Below, one piece after another: positions 19,594 to 28,847 of a DNA stretch of 34,829 bases. The stretch lies in sequence record DRR378314_2384; one strand, 5' to 3'. The stretch's first letter is position 1. Each line of letters begins with the position of its first letter. The notes below the pieces were generated by a model, which did not search any database, had not been told where the DNA came from, and was given only the letters and a program-made list of their open reading frames with translations. The translations under genes were made by a program, and so were the position numbers.

Positions 19594-19613
19594 ACTGACA
19601 TTTCCTCTTCGGG

Positions 19614-20213
19614 TTACTCGTCGTCACAGACGGAATCGTCCAGCTCCGGTGGACGGGCATGGAGTGATCCACGGGGGGATTTACGACTATAGAGGGTGTA
19701 GGGAACCGCCGACGCCCGGATATAGTCGGTGTTTTCAGCGTCATCACCGCTTCCACGGACGGTATTGATGGGTTCACAGGACACCAGGAGATCCAGTGAT
19801 GATTTGATGTCGGTGATGCGCGCCGCCGGGTTGTCTGAGTTTATCGCCAGGCAGCGCTGCCCACCTGCCGGCTGCCCTGTCTGTGCGACACGATCCAGCC
19901 CGTCTCTGCCACACGCCCGGATACCCTCGCCACAGGCTTCTCCCGCAGCGTCCTCATGGCTGCCGTCCACCAATCGCCATTCACGGGTGCTGCACTGGGT
20001 TTCAACGGTAATGGGCGTGGATTGGTTGTCTGCCAGCCACCAGCCAGGATATTCCGCCGTCTGCCACGTCAGCTTTACCTGGCGGTCCTCGCCGGCCGAG
20101 TTCTCGGCGGGAAAGACCGCATAGTGGGTGTAGTAGGAGGCGCACCCGCCCAGAGCAAATGGCAGCACCGCGGCGATACACCATTGAACGAAAGAGGATC
20201 TGTTGTGTTTCAT
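19614..20213 (-). CDS. Uncharacterised cysteine-rich lipoprotein
   Basis: Lipobox LGGC; six further Cys in the mature region; directly downstream of the PilZ gene. Confidence 0.75.
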   Translation of the reverse strand: MKHNRSSFVQWCIAAVLPFALGGCASYYTHYAVFPAENSAGEDRQVKLTWQTAEYPGWWLADNQSTPITVETQCSTREWRLVDGSHEDAAGEACGEGIRACGRDGLDRVAQTGQPAGGQRCLAINSDNPAARITDIKSSLDLLVSCEPINTVRGSGDDAENTDYIRASAVPYTLYSRKSPRGSLHARPPELDDSVCDDE

Positions 20214-20228
20214 GCAGGCAAAAACCGA

Positions 20229-20501
20229 TTATTGATCCGCAAACTGTAGGCCATACCCATCGTTGGTCTTGCGCACCACGACCATGTCTAACACAGGCGC
20301 TGGCACCGGCAGGCCTTGTACCTGAACCTGCACGTTATCGCCGATTGACGGCGTAAAAGGCTCAGTATCCACGACAACAAAAACGCCGCCGTCGGAGATA
20401 TCCCTGGTTGAAAACACGAATTCGCCAAGCTCTTCGTGGGTAACGCGAACCTTCGCACTCATTGCCGTGCGGCTGTGTATTCTTCGATCATTCCCAACCA
20501 T
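20229..20501 (-). CDS. Stand-alone PilZ domain protein (c-di-GMP receptor)
   Basis: RxxxR (RIHSR) and DxSxxG (DISDGG) motifs; C-terminal YGLQF. Confidence 0.9.
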   Translation of the reverse strand: MVGNDRRIHSRTAMSAKVRVTHEELGEFVFSTRDISDGGVFVVVDTEPFTPSIGDNVQVQVQGLPVPAPVLDMVVVRKTNDGYGLQFADQ

Positions 20502-20585
20502 AGTCTGCGCGCCACCACTTTTTGCATAGTTTTTATAGTCTTCCGAAGCATAGCACCATTTTACTCAGAAGTTGGCACCTGTGTA

Positions 20586-20627
20586 TTGACAGTGACGGCG
20601 CCACAAACAAGAATGGTTGCCATTGTT
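20586..20627 (+). promoter_or_regulatory. sigma70 promoter with overlapping putative Fur box for the iron ABC genes
   Basis: TTGACA (20586-20591), N17, AAGAAT; 20609-20627 AAGAATGGTTGCCATTGTT matches the Fur consensus at 11/19 with an AATGG/CCATT dyad. Confidence 0.55.
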
Positions 20628-20691
20628 ACCTAGTATTACGTCTCACTGCACTTAAACAGTTTGCACCCTACCAAAAAAAGGAAAGCACTCC

Positions 20692-21705
20692 ATGAAGATG
20701 AAACTTGCGGTTACCGCCATCGCCGCTGCCTGTGCCCTGCCCCTTCAGGCAAGCGCCGAGGGCGAGGTCAACATCTACTCTTACCGTCAGGCCTACCTGC
20801 TGGAGCCGCTGCTCAACGCCTTCGAGAAAGAAACCGGCATCGAAACCAACGTGGTATTCGCCAAGAAAGGCCTGGCCGAGCGTCTGGAGCGTGAAGGCCG
20901 CAACAGCCCTGCGGACCTGGTGATGACGGTTGATATCTCGCGCATTAACGAGCTGGTAGAGCGCGATCTGGTTGAAGGCATTGAAAACAACACCCTTCAG
21001 GAGAACATCCCGGAAAACCTGCGCCACCCCGAGGGCAAATGGTTTGCACTGACCACCCGTGGCCGGCTGATCTACGCCTCCAAGGAACGTGTTGAAGAAG
21101 GCGAAATCACCACCTACGAGCAACTGGCGGATGAAGAGTGGGATAACCGCATCTGTACCCGCAGTGGCAAGCACCCCTACAACATCGCCCTGTTCTCCTC
21201 AATGATCGCCCACCATGGCGAGGAAGCCACTGAAGAGTGGCTGGAAGGCCTGAAAGACAACCTGGCCCGTAAGCCCCAGGGTGGCGACCGTGACCAGATC
21301 AAGGCTATCCACGCTGGCGAGTGCGACATTGCCATCGGCAACAGCTACTACTATGGCAATATGCTGAACGACGAGAACCAACGCGAGGCCGCCGAGTCGG
21401 TCCGCCTGGTGTTCCCCAACGCAGCGGGCCGTGGCACTCACATCAACATCAGCGGCATCGCCCTGACCAAAAGTGCGCCTAACCGTGACAACGCCATTCG
21501 CTTGATGGAGTTCCTGTCCGAGCCAAAGGCACAGCAGATTTACGCCGAGGCCAACACCGAATACCCGGCCAACCCCGACGTAAAACCCTCCGGCATGGTG
21601 GCCGAATGGGGCGAGATCAATCCGGACGACCTGTCTCTTCAGGAAATCGCCGAGAACCGCAGCGCAGCGGTGAAAATGGTTGATCGCGTCGATTACGACA
21701 ACTAA
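20692..21705 (+). CDS. Fe(III) ABC transporter substrate-binding protein (FutA/FbpA type)
   Basis: Signal peptide; EVNIYSYRQ, ICTRSGKHPYN, GNSYYYGNM (tandem Tyr iron ligands), GTHINISG. Confidence 0.92.
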   Translation: MKMKLAVTAIAAACALPLQASAEGEVNIYSYRQAYLLEPLLNAFEKETGIETNVVFAKKGLAERLEREGRNSPADLVMTVDISRINELVERDLVEGIENNTLQENIPENLRHPEGKWFALTTRGRLIYASKERVEEGEITTYEQLADEEWDNRICTRSGKHPYNIALFSSMIAHHGEEATEEWLEGLKDNLARKPQGGDRDQIKAIHAGECDIAIGNSYYYGNMLNDENQREAAESVRLVFPNAAGRGTHINISGIALTKSAPNRDNAIRLMEFLSEPKAQQIYAEANTEYPANPDVKPSGMVAEWGEINPDDLSLQEIAENRSAAVKMVDRVDYDN

Positions 21706-21720
21706 ACCAGCCATGCGTTG

Positions 21721-21751
21721 AAAAAGCCGGGACTCAGGTCCCGGCTTTTTT
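21721..21751 (+). terminator. Intrinsic terminator between binding protein and permease
   Basis: AAAAAGCCGGGAC-TCAG-GTCCCGGCTTTTTT. Confidence 0.85.
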
Positions 21752-21793
21752 GTACAATCCGCACCTTATTCTCTATTCACCCGAAGGAAACCT

Positions 21794-23476
21794 ATGGCCG
21801 AGGCCATTGAACAGACCGGGGCAAGTTACCCCCTGCTGGCAAAACGGACCTCGAAACGCTGGCTGATAACCGCTGCCATCACCACCGCCATTGTGGCGCT
21901 GCCGGTGTTGTCGGTGATTATTCTGGCGCTGTTTCCGGAAGAGAACATCTGGCCCCACCTGCTGGATACCACACTCCCACGCTATCTCGTCACCACGCTG
22001 CAACTCATGGCCGGCGTGGCGATCATTACCCTGGTGATTGGCCTGGCCACCGCATGGGCCGTCACTATGTGCGAATTCCCGGGCCGCCGGTTCTTCGAGT
22101 GGGCGATGCTGTTGCCCTTCGCGGTGCCTGCGTATGTCATTGCCTATGTCTACACCAGCCTGCTGGACTACGCCGGCCCCGTCCAGACGGCCATGCGGGA
22201 CTGGTTTGGCTGGCGTAACGCGGCCGACTACTGGTTCCCCGAAATCCGCAGCCTGGAAGGCGCCACCCTGATGATCGGGCTGGTTCTCTATCCCTATGTG
22301 TATCTCCTGGCCCGCGCGGCCTTCCTGGAACAATCCCCGTCCCTGTTTGCGGTCAGCCGCAGCCTGGGCCATTCCGCCATCAGCACCTTTTTCCGGGTGG
22401 TTCTGCCAATTGCCCGGCCTGCCATTGCCGTCGGGCTGTCGCTGGTGTTGATGGAAACCCTGAACGATTTCGGCACCGTGGATTTCTTCGCCGTACAAAC
22501 CCTGACCGCCGGCCTGTTCGACACCTGGATGAACCTGGGCAATTTGGGAGGCGCCGCTCAGATCGCTACCACCATGCTGGCGTTCGTGGTGATCCTGGTC
22601 ACCCTGGAGCGCTACTCCCGGCGTCGGCAGCAACAGTTCGCCGCCCGGGACAACCGCGAGCCGATCCGCCGCTTCATCCTGTCACGCCCACGCCAGATGA
22701 TCTGCGTGGCCGTCTGCGCCGTGCCAGTCATCTTCGGTTTCCTGCTGCCCGCCACAACCCTGGGCCACTACGCGTGGGAATACTTCGACGAAAGCTGGAA
22801 CCCGGACTTTATCCGCAACACCCTGAACAGCCTGTTCCTGTCGGGCACGGCGGCGCTCACAACGCTGATCATCGGCGTTACCCTCGCCTACAGCCGCCGC
22901 CTTCACGACACCCGAGGCATGCGAATAATGATGCGCCTGTCGAGCCTGGGCTATGCCATGCCCGGCGCTGTACTTGCGGTGGGTGTGATTGTGCCCCTGG
23001 CGGGTTTCGACAATTGGGTGGACGGCATTCTGCGAGACAGCTTTGGCGTCAGCAGCGGGCTGCTGCTGAGCGGCTCCGCCTTTGCCCTGGTGTTCGCCTA
23101 TACGGTGCGTTTTCTGGCGGTCTCCGCAGGCAGTGTGGAAAGCGCCCTGCAGAAGATCACCCCCAGCATGGACATGGCCTCACGCTCCCTGGGCCATTCG
23201 CCGGGCAACACACTGCTGAAGGTTCATTTGCCAATGCTGCGGGGCACCTTGATTACAGCGGCCCTGGTGGTGTTTGTGGATTGCATGAAAGAACTGCCGG
23301 CGACCCTGATTCTGCGGCCGTTCAACTTTGAGACCCTGGCCACCTACGTGTACCAGTTTGCCTCCGACGAAAAGCTGGCCCACAGTGCCCTGCCGGCGTT
23401 GATCATCGTGCTGGCAGGCATCGTTCCGATCATCCTCATGAGCAAGTCCATTTCGGACACCCGCGCCATCAGCTAA
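21794..23476 (+). CDS. Fe(III) ABC transporter permease (FutB/FbpB type)
   Basis: Duplicated BPD transport domains; LYPYVYLLARAAF, METLNDFG, KELPATLILRPFNFETLA. Confidence 0.92.
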   Translation: MAEAIEQTGASYPLLAKRTSKRWLITAAITTAIVALPVLSVIILALFPEENIWPHLLDTTLPRYLVTTLQLMAGVAIITLVIGLATAWAVTMCEFPGRRFFEWAMLLPFAVPAYVIAYVYTSLLDYAGPVQTAMRDWFGWRNAADYWFPEIRSLEGATLMIGLVLYPYVYLLARAAFLEQSPSLFAVSRSLGHSAISTFFRVVLPIARPAIAVGLSLVLMETLNDFGTVDFFAVQTLTAGLFDTWMNLGNLGGAAQIATTMLAFVVILVTLERYSRRRQQQFAARDNREPIRRFILSRPRQMICVAVCAVPVIFGFLLPATTLGHYAWEYFDESWNPDFIRNTLNSLFLSGTAALTTLIIGVTLAYSRRLHDTRGMRIMMRLSSLGYAMPGAVLAVGVIVPLAGFDNWVDGILRDSFGVSSGLLLSGSAFALVFAYTVRFLAVSAGSVESALQKITPSMDMASRSLGHSPGNTLLKVHLPMLRGTLITAALVVFVDCMKELPATLILRPFNFETLATYVYQFASDEKLAHSALPALIIVLAGIVPIILMSKSISDTRAIS

Positions 23477-23511
23477 CGATCGGCATGGCCGCCGGGATTC
23501 TTGCTCGCGCG

Positions 23512-23997
23512 TCAGATCACCGACCGGGAATGCGCTCCCTGAACCACAAAACGACCCTGGAACACCGCAACGGGCTCCCTGACGGGTTCGGTGGTGGGTT
23601 CACCACAGTAGACTTCAGCGATCAGGGAGAGCCGGCCCTTGCCATGGCGAGCCAGGCTTTTTCGGAATCGGTCAGGGACTTCACCGCCGGGGAGGCGGCA
23701 CAAGGCAAAGAAGTTCGTGTCGACAGGCTCAATGTGCTCAATCTCGCCCACCTGGATAACCACCTTTCCAGCCAGCCCCAGGTCCGACAGCACCAACTCA
23801 ACCAATCCCCAGGCGGAGATCACCGCGACCGAGTAGACGCTGCCCCCGAAGCCCGTCCCCTGGTGATTGTGGTTTGGTGCCAGTGGTGCGCTGACCAGCA
23901 ACGCGTGGCCGTCATAGGAAACCAGTTCCACCCCCAGGGCTTCCGAGAGCGGAATCATGTCGTGAATGCGTTTCTGAAACCGGGCTAACTGAGTCAT
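23512..23997 (-). CDS. YiiD C-terminal-like hotdog-fold thioesterase
   Basis: IPLSEALG, APLAPNHNHQGTGFGGS, LARHGKGRLSL; GGAGG RBS. Confidence 0.85.
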   Translation of the reverse strand: MTQLARFQKRIHDMIPLSEALGVELVSYDGHALLVSAPLAPNHNHQGTGFGGSVYSVAVISAWGLVELVLSDLGLAGKVVIQVGEIEHIEPVDTNFFALCRLPGGEVPDRFRKSLARHGKGRLSLIAEVYCGEPTTEPVREPVAVFQGRFVVQGAHSRSVI

Positions 23998-24068
23998 ATT
24001 CCCTCCTGAATATGTCTTCAGTTTATGCCCGTTTCAGTGCTTTCCCTATGCGACTTACGTCGGTTTTC

Positions 24069-25736
24069 TTACTGCCAGATAACCGGCTCGCGCTTGGCGT
24101 ACCAAGTGTCCACATTTTTCTGATAGGCGTCTTCCACCACATTGCGCTTCAGTTTCAGCGTGGGCGTCAGGAAGCTGTTCTCGATGGACCATTCGTCGCT
24201 GACCACGGTAATGAACGCCAGTTGCTCGTGGGGGTCCACGGTTTTGTTCACATCGGCGATCAGTTGCTTGAAGCTGGCCTCGATCTCCTTGCGGAAACCT
24301 TCATCGGCCATCTTCGGACGAATCTCCTCGCCCAGCATCACCAGCGCATGGGGCTGCGTCTGGTTGGCACCGGACACGCACACCATCTCGATGGCCTCGT
24401 GGGACATCAGGCGGTTCTCAATCGGCGCGGGGGCAATGTACTTGCCCTTGCTGGTCTTGAAGATTTCCTTGATGCGGCCGGTCAGCTTCAGGCGCCCCAT
24501 CTCATCGATCTCACCCTTGTCGCCGGTTTTGAGGAAACCGTCCTCGGAGAAGGTTTCGCGGGTTTTCTCCTCGTCCTTGTAATAGCCCATCATGGTGGCT
24601 GGGCTCTTCACCAGCACCTCGCCTTCGTCACTGATCTTCATTTCCACGCCGGGCAATGCCTCACCCACGTAGCCAGTGCGCGAACGGCCCGGCTTGTTCA
24701 TGTGGGAATAGGCAAAGTTCTCGGACATGCCATAGCCTTCCAGCAGCTCCAGCCCGAGGTTGCGGTACCAGTCCAGTACGTCGTTGGACAGCGGTGCAGA
24801 GCCACTGCCGGCCAGCTTGACCTTGTTCAGGCCCAGCCCCTTGAGAACCTTCTTCTTGATCACCTTGTTCAGCAGCGGCACCTTCAGCAGCTTCTCCAGC
24901 TTCTCTTTAGGCAGCTTCTGCAACACGCCGTGCTGGAATTTCACCCACAGGCGCGGTACAGACAGGAACAGCGTGGGCTGAGCCCGCTGCAGATCCTGCA
25001 CGAAGGTATCCAGCGACTCGGCAAAGAACAGCTGGAAACCGGAATACAGCGAGCCCAGCTCTACAAACGTGCGCTCGAACACATGCGCCAACGGCAGGTA
25101 AGACAGCATGCGCTCTTCCGCGCCCACGCCCAGCACCTGGGTGCCGCCGGCGGCCGCAAACGCCATGTTGCGGAAACTCAGCATCACACCCTTCGGACGG
25201 CCGGTACTACCCGAGGTATACACAATGGTCGCCAGCTCATCCGCATCCCGCTGGGTGTTCTCCTCCAGCGGCGGGTACTTGCCCACAAGATCGTCCCAGG
25301 TTTCAAAATCGTTGGGCGGGCTCAGCGGGTAGGAAATACAACGCACCGACTCTGGCACGCCGGACTTCATCATGTCCCAGTCGTCCAGCTTGCCGACAAA
25401 CAGAACCTCGCACTCGCTGTGGTTAAGGATGTAGTTCACCGTATCGGCGTTCAGCGTGGGATACAGCGGCACGGAGATGTGGCCGGCCATCCAGATCGCC
25501 CAGTCCGACATAATCCATTGCGCGCAGTTCTTGGAAATGATCCCGACCCGGCTCTTCTCCGGCAGATTGAGGGATTTCAGGTACGACGCCATCCGGCGGG
25601 CTTCGTCCACCGCGCGCTTCCAGGTGTATTCAACAACCTTGCCGTCGCCAATGGGCTGAGTCATGTACAGGGAATCCGCCTTGGCGTGTTCCCAGTGATA
25701 AACCATATCCAGGGGGAGTTTGTCAGTCGTGTCCAT
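24069..25736 (-). CDS. Long-chain acyl-CoA synthetase (AMP-binding enzyme)
   Basis: YTSGSTGRPKG, YLPLAHVFER, EGYGMSE, FLKTGDKG, LTPTLKLKR; likely start MDTTDK at 25736. Confidence 0.92.
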   Translation of the reverse strand: MDTTDKLPLDMVYHWEHAKADSLYMTQPIGDGKVVEYTWKRAVDEARRMASYLKSLNLPEKSRVGIISKNCAQWIMSDWAIWMAGHISVPLYPTLNADTVNYILNHSECEVLFVGKLDDWDMMKSGVPESVRCISYPLSPPNDFETWDDLVGKYPPLEENTQRDADELATIVYTSGSTGRPKGVMLSFRNMAFAAAGGTQVLGVGAEERMLSYLPLAHVFERTFVELGSLYSGFQLFFAESLDTFVQDLQRAQPTLFLSVPRLWVKFQHGVLQKLPKEKLEKLLKVPLLNKVIKKKVLKGLGLNKVKLAGSGSAPLSNDVLDWYRNLGLELLEGYGMSENFAYSHMNKPGRSRTGYVGEALPGVEMKISDEGEVLVKSPATMMGYYKDEEKTRETFSEDGFLKTGDKGEIDEMGRLKLTGRIKEIFKTSKGKYIAPAPIENRLMSHEAIEMVCVSGANQTQPHALVMLGEEIRPKMADEGFRKEIEASFKQLIADVNKTVDPHEQLAFITVVSDEWSIENSFLTPTLKLKRNVVEDAYQKNVDTWYAKREPVIWQ

Positions 25737-26034
25737 GGACCTTCCTTGCGTTGTGTTTTTTTGAGTTATCGGTGTTTTTATTATGTAAGGGCTGCACTGC
25801 ATTAGACTTTAGTAGCCTATTTCACCACAGCCGTCACCGTCAAAACGTGACGGAACTAAAACTATTCCACTTCACATGTATTTTTGGCCGGCATACCGCC
25901 GCGGGAATCCCTGTAAAAGGTACCTTCCCTTACCCATCAATCCAATAGCCTGTGATAAACTCCCGCCCCGTTATTAAACGCGCGTTCGATCTCCCGGCGC
26001 GCCAAACAGTCTGAACAAACCCGGAGACCGGTTT

Positions 26035-27021
26035 ATGGCCAACAAGATTCTGCGCACGCTGATCGGCACCGCCCTGCTGGCAATGGCGGCGATTTCACCC
26101 GCCATTGCACAGAGTGACGAACAGCGGGTAGTCGCCATCACCCAGATTGTGGAGCATCCCGCCCTGGATGCTGTCTACCAGGGCGTCAGGGACGAACTGG
26201 AAGCACAGGGATACAAAGACGGCGAACAGGTTCGCATCATGCACGAAAGCGCCCAGGGCAACGCCGCCATCGCGTCACAGATTGCCCGCAAATTCGTGGG
26301 TGAAGGCCCGGACGTGATCGTGGCCATCGCCACCCCCTCCGCACAGACCATGGCAGCCGCCGCCCGACAGACCCCGGTGGTCTTCTCTGCCGTGACCGAC
26401 CCGGTCGGCGCCAAACTGGTGAAGAGCCTGAAGGCGCCCGGCGCCAACATCACCGGCGTGACCGACATGCTGCCCATCGAACGCCACCTAGACCTGCTTG
26501 AACGCGTCGTGCCAGACGCCAAGCGCATTGGCACCGTGTACAACCCCGGTGAAGCCAACGCCGTCGCGCTGGTAGAGCTGCTTGAAGAACGCCTGCAGGC
26601 CCGCGATATGGAACTGGTAAAAGCCGCCGCCACCAAGACCTCCGAAGTGCTTGGCGCCGCCCGCTCCCTGGTCGGCAAAGCCGACGCCATCTACCTGACC
26701 ACCGACAACACCGTGATCAGCGCCGTGGAAGCGGTCATTTCCGTGGGCGAGCGTGCCAGCATTCCCGTCTTTGCCGCGGACACCGCCACCGTCGGCCGTG
26801 GCGCCGTTGCCGCCCTTGGCTTCGACTACTACGACCACGGCCGCCAGACCGGCGCCATGGTGGCCCGCATCCTTGAAGGTGCCAACCCCGGTGACATGGA
26901 CGTGGAATCCGTGGACACCCTGGAACTGTTCGTGAACCCCGCTGCCGCAGAGCGTATGGGCATTACCCTGTCCGACGACCTGATCAGCGACGCGAAAAAA
27001 GTCGTAAACAGCGACAAGTAA
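26035..27021 (+). CDS. ABC transporter substrate-binding protein (ABC_sub_bind family, aromatic amino acid-like)
   Basis: Signal peptide; ITQIVEHPALD, IATPSAQ, PVVFSAVTDP, GANITGVTD. Confidence 0.88.
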   Translation: MANKILRTLIGTALLAMAAISPAIAQSDEQRVVAITQIVEHPALDAVYQGVRDELEAQGYKDGEQVRIMHESAQGNAAIASQIARKFVGEGPDVIVAIATPSAQTMAAAARQTPVVFSAVTDPVGAKLVKSLKAPGANITGVTDMLPIERHLDLLERVVPDAKRIGTVYNPGEANAVALVELLEERLQARDMELVKAAATKTSEVLGAARSLVGKADAIYLTTDNTVISAVEAVISVGERASIPVFAADTATVGRGAVAALGFDYYDHGRQTGAMVARILEGANPGDMDVESVDTLELFVNPAAAERMGITLSDDLISDAKKVVNSDK

Positions 27022-27031
27022 CCCACTGTTA

Positions 27032-27061
27032 GCGGGCGGCCTCACAAGGGCTGCCCGTTTT
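27032..27061 (+). terminator. Intra-operon hairpin (terminator or mRNA stabiliser)
   Basis: GCGGGCGGCC...GGCTGCCCGT followed by TTT. Confidence 0.6.
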
Positions 27062-27082
27062 CATTTACGGTGACCCTATCCC

Positions 27083-27985
27083 ATGCTTAGTAATATTGCC
27101 TTTTACGGCGCCATTGAAACCGGCCTGATCTACGGGCTGGTGGCCTTCGGTATCTACCTTTCCTTTCGCGTACTCGACTTCCCGGACCTGACCGTGGATG
27201 GCAGCTTCCCCCTCGGCGCTGCCGTGGCAGCCGTCCTCATCATCGAAGGCGTTAATCCCTGGCTGGCCACCGGCGCCGCCGTGATTGCCGGCATGGGGGC
27301 CGGTGCGGTAACCGCCCTGCTGAACGTCAAGCTCAACATCCTTAACCTGTTGGCGTCCATCCTCACCATGATTGCGCTGTATTCGGTGAACCTGCGCATC
27401 ATGGGCCGACCCAACATCGCCCTGCTTACCGAGGAAACCGTACTCACACCCTGGTACGACCTCGGCCTGGCCTACCATCAGGTGCCGGTTCTGTTGTTCA
27501 TCATCGTGGTCATGGTGAGCTTGTTTCTGCTGTGGCGCTTCATGAAATCCGAAACCGGGCTGGCCATGCGCGCCACCGGCGCCAATCCACGAATGGCCCG
27601 CGCCCAGGGCATCGCCACCGGAGCCATGATTGTGCTGGGGGTTGCCGTCTCCAACGGTTTGGTAGGCCTCGCCGGTGCCCTGTTCGCCCAGAGCCAGGGC
27701 GCTGCCGACGTCACCATGGGCGTGGGCGTGATCGTTATCGGCCTGGCCTCGCTGATCGGTGGTGAAGCCGTGCTCACACCGTCTACCGTGCTTCGCGCCC
27801 TGATTGCCTGTGTGATCGGTGCCATTGTCTACCGCCTGGCCATCGCCCTGGCGCTGAACGCAGACTTCCTGGGTCTACAGGCCCAGGACCTGAACCTGAT
27901 CACCGCTGTGCTGGTCACGCTGGCCATTGTTCTGCCCGGTGTTCGCACATCCGTTGCCGCGCGGTTTACCCGCAAAAAGGCCTGA
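27083..27985 (+). CDS. ABC transporter permease (BPD_transp_2 type)
   Basis: FRVLDFPDLTVDGSFPLG, GLAMRATGAN, GLASLIGGEA. Confidence 0.9.
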   Translation: MLSNIAFYGAIETGLIYGLVAFGIYLSFRVLDFPDLTVDGSFPLGAAVAAVLIIEGVNPWLATGAAVIAGMGAGAVTALLNVKLNILNLLASILTMIALYSVNLRIMGRPNIALLTEETVLTPWYDLGLAYHQVPVLLFIIVVMVSLFLLWRFMKSETGLAMRATGANPRMARAQGIATGAMIVLGVAVSNGLVGLAGALFAQSQGAADVTMGVGVIVIGLASLIGGEAVLTPSTVLRALIACVIGAIVYRLAIALALNADFLGLQAQDLNLITAVLVTLAIVLPGVRTSVAARFTRKKA

Positions 27986-27994
27986 GGAGGACGC

Positions 27995-28789
27995 ATGATT
28001 ACAGCAACCGACCTGACCCTCACCTTCGGCAAGGGCACACCGCTTGAAAACCCGGCCCTCCGGGGCATGAGCCTGACCGTCAACCAGGGCGAATTCGTCA
28101 CCGTGATTGGCAGTAACGGCGCCGGAAAATCCACCTTTCTCAACGCCCTCGCCGGCGAGGTGATGGTGGACAGCGGCAACATCATCGTCGACAACCAGGA
28201 CGTGACAAAGCTGCCCACCTATAAACGGGCCGGCCGGGTCGCCCGCGTATTCCAGGACCCACTGGCAGGCACCTGCGAAGGCCTGACCATTGAGGAAAAC
28301 CTGTCACTGGCCATCAAGCGCGGCCAGCGCCGTGGCCTGAGCGCGGCGGTCAAAGCGCGCTATCAGGACCAGTTCAAGTCCAGCCTGGCCTCCCTGAATC
28401 TGGGCCTGGAAAACCGCCTGGGCGACAAAATGGGTCTGCTTTCCGGCGGCCAGCGCCAGGCTGTCAGCCTGCTGATGGCCAGCCTGACACCCTCCGCCAT
28501 CCTGCTGCTGGATGAGCACACCGCCGCGTTGGACCCGAAAACCGCGTCCTTCGTGCTGGACCTGACCACGCAGATCATCGAAGAGCAGAAGCTCACCGCG
28601 CTGATGGTCACCCACAGCATGAAACAGGCGCTGGAAGTCGGCGACCGCACGGTGATGTTGCATCAGGGCCAGGTGGTGTTCGATATCGCCGGCCAGGAGC
28701 GGGAAGGACTGGAAGTGAAAGACCTGCTGGAACTGTTCGAGAAACAACGCGGGCTCGAAATCACCGATGACAGCCTGCTGCTGGGCTGA
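27995..28789 (+). CDS. ABC transporter ATP-binding protein
   Basis: GSNGAGKST, LSGGQRQ, LLLDEHTAALDP. Confidence 0.92.
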   Translation: MITATDLTLTFGKGTPLENPALRGMSLTVNQGEFVTVIGSNGAGKSTFLNALAGEVMVDSGNIIVDNQDVTKLPTYKRAGRVARVFQDPLAGTCEGLTIEENLSLAIKRGQRRGLSAAVKARYQDQFKSSLASLNLGLENRLGDKMGLLSGGQRQAVSLLMASLTPSAILLLDEHTAALDPKTASFVLDLTTQIIEEQKLTALMVTHSMKQALEVGDRTVMLHQGQVVFDIAGQEREGLEVKDLLELFEKQRGLEITDDSLLLG

Positions 28790-28806
28790 TTACGTTCGGC
28801 AAACCC

Positions 28807-28837
28807 GTCTGCGGGGCACCTTGCATGCCCCGCAGAC
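28807..28837. terminator. Perfect 12-bp hairpin between convergent genes
   Basis: GTCTGCGGGGCA-N7-TGCCCCGCAGAC; no U-tract on either side. Confidence 0.55.
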
Positions 28838-28847
28838 AGTCTGGTCA

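Noticed and set aside
24012-25805. 597-aa plus-strand ORF
   Set aside because: Antisense shadow of the acyl-CoA synthetase caused by GC-rich codon bias; no recognisable motifs.
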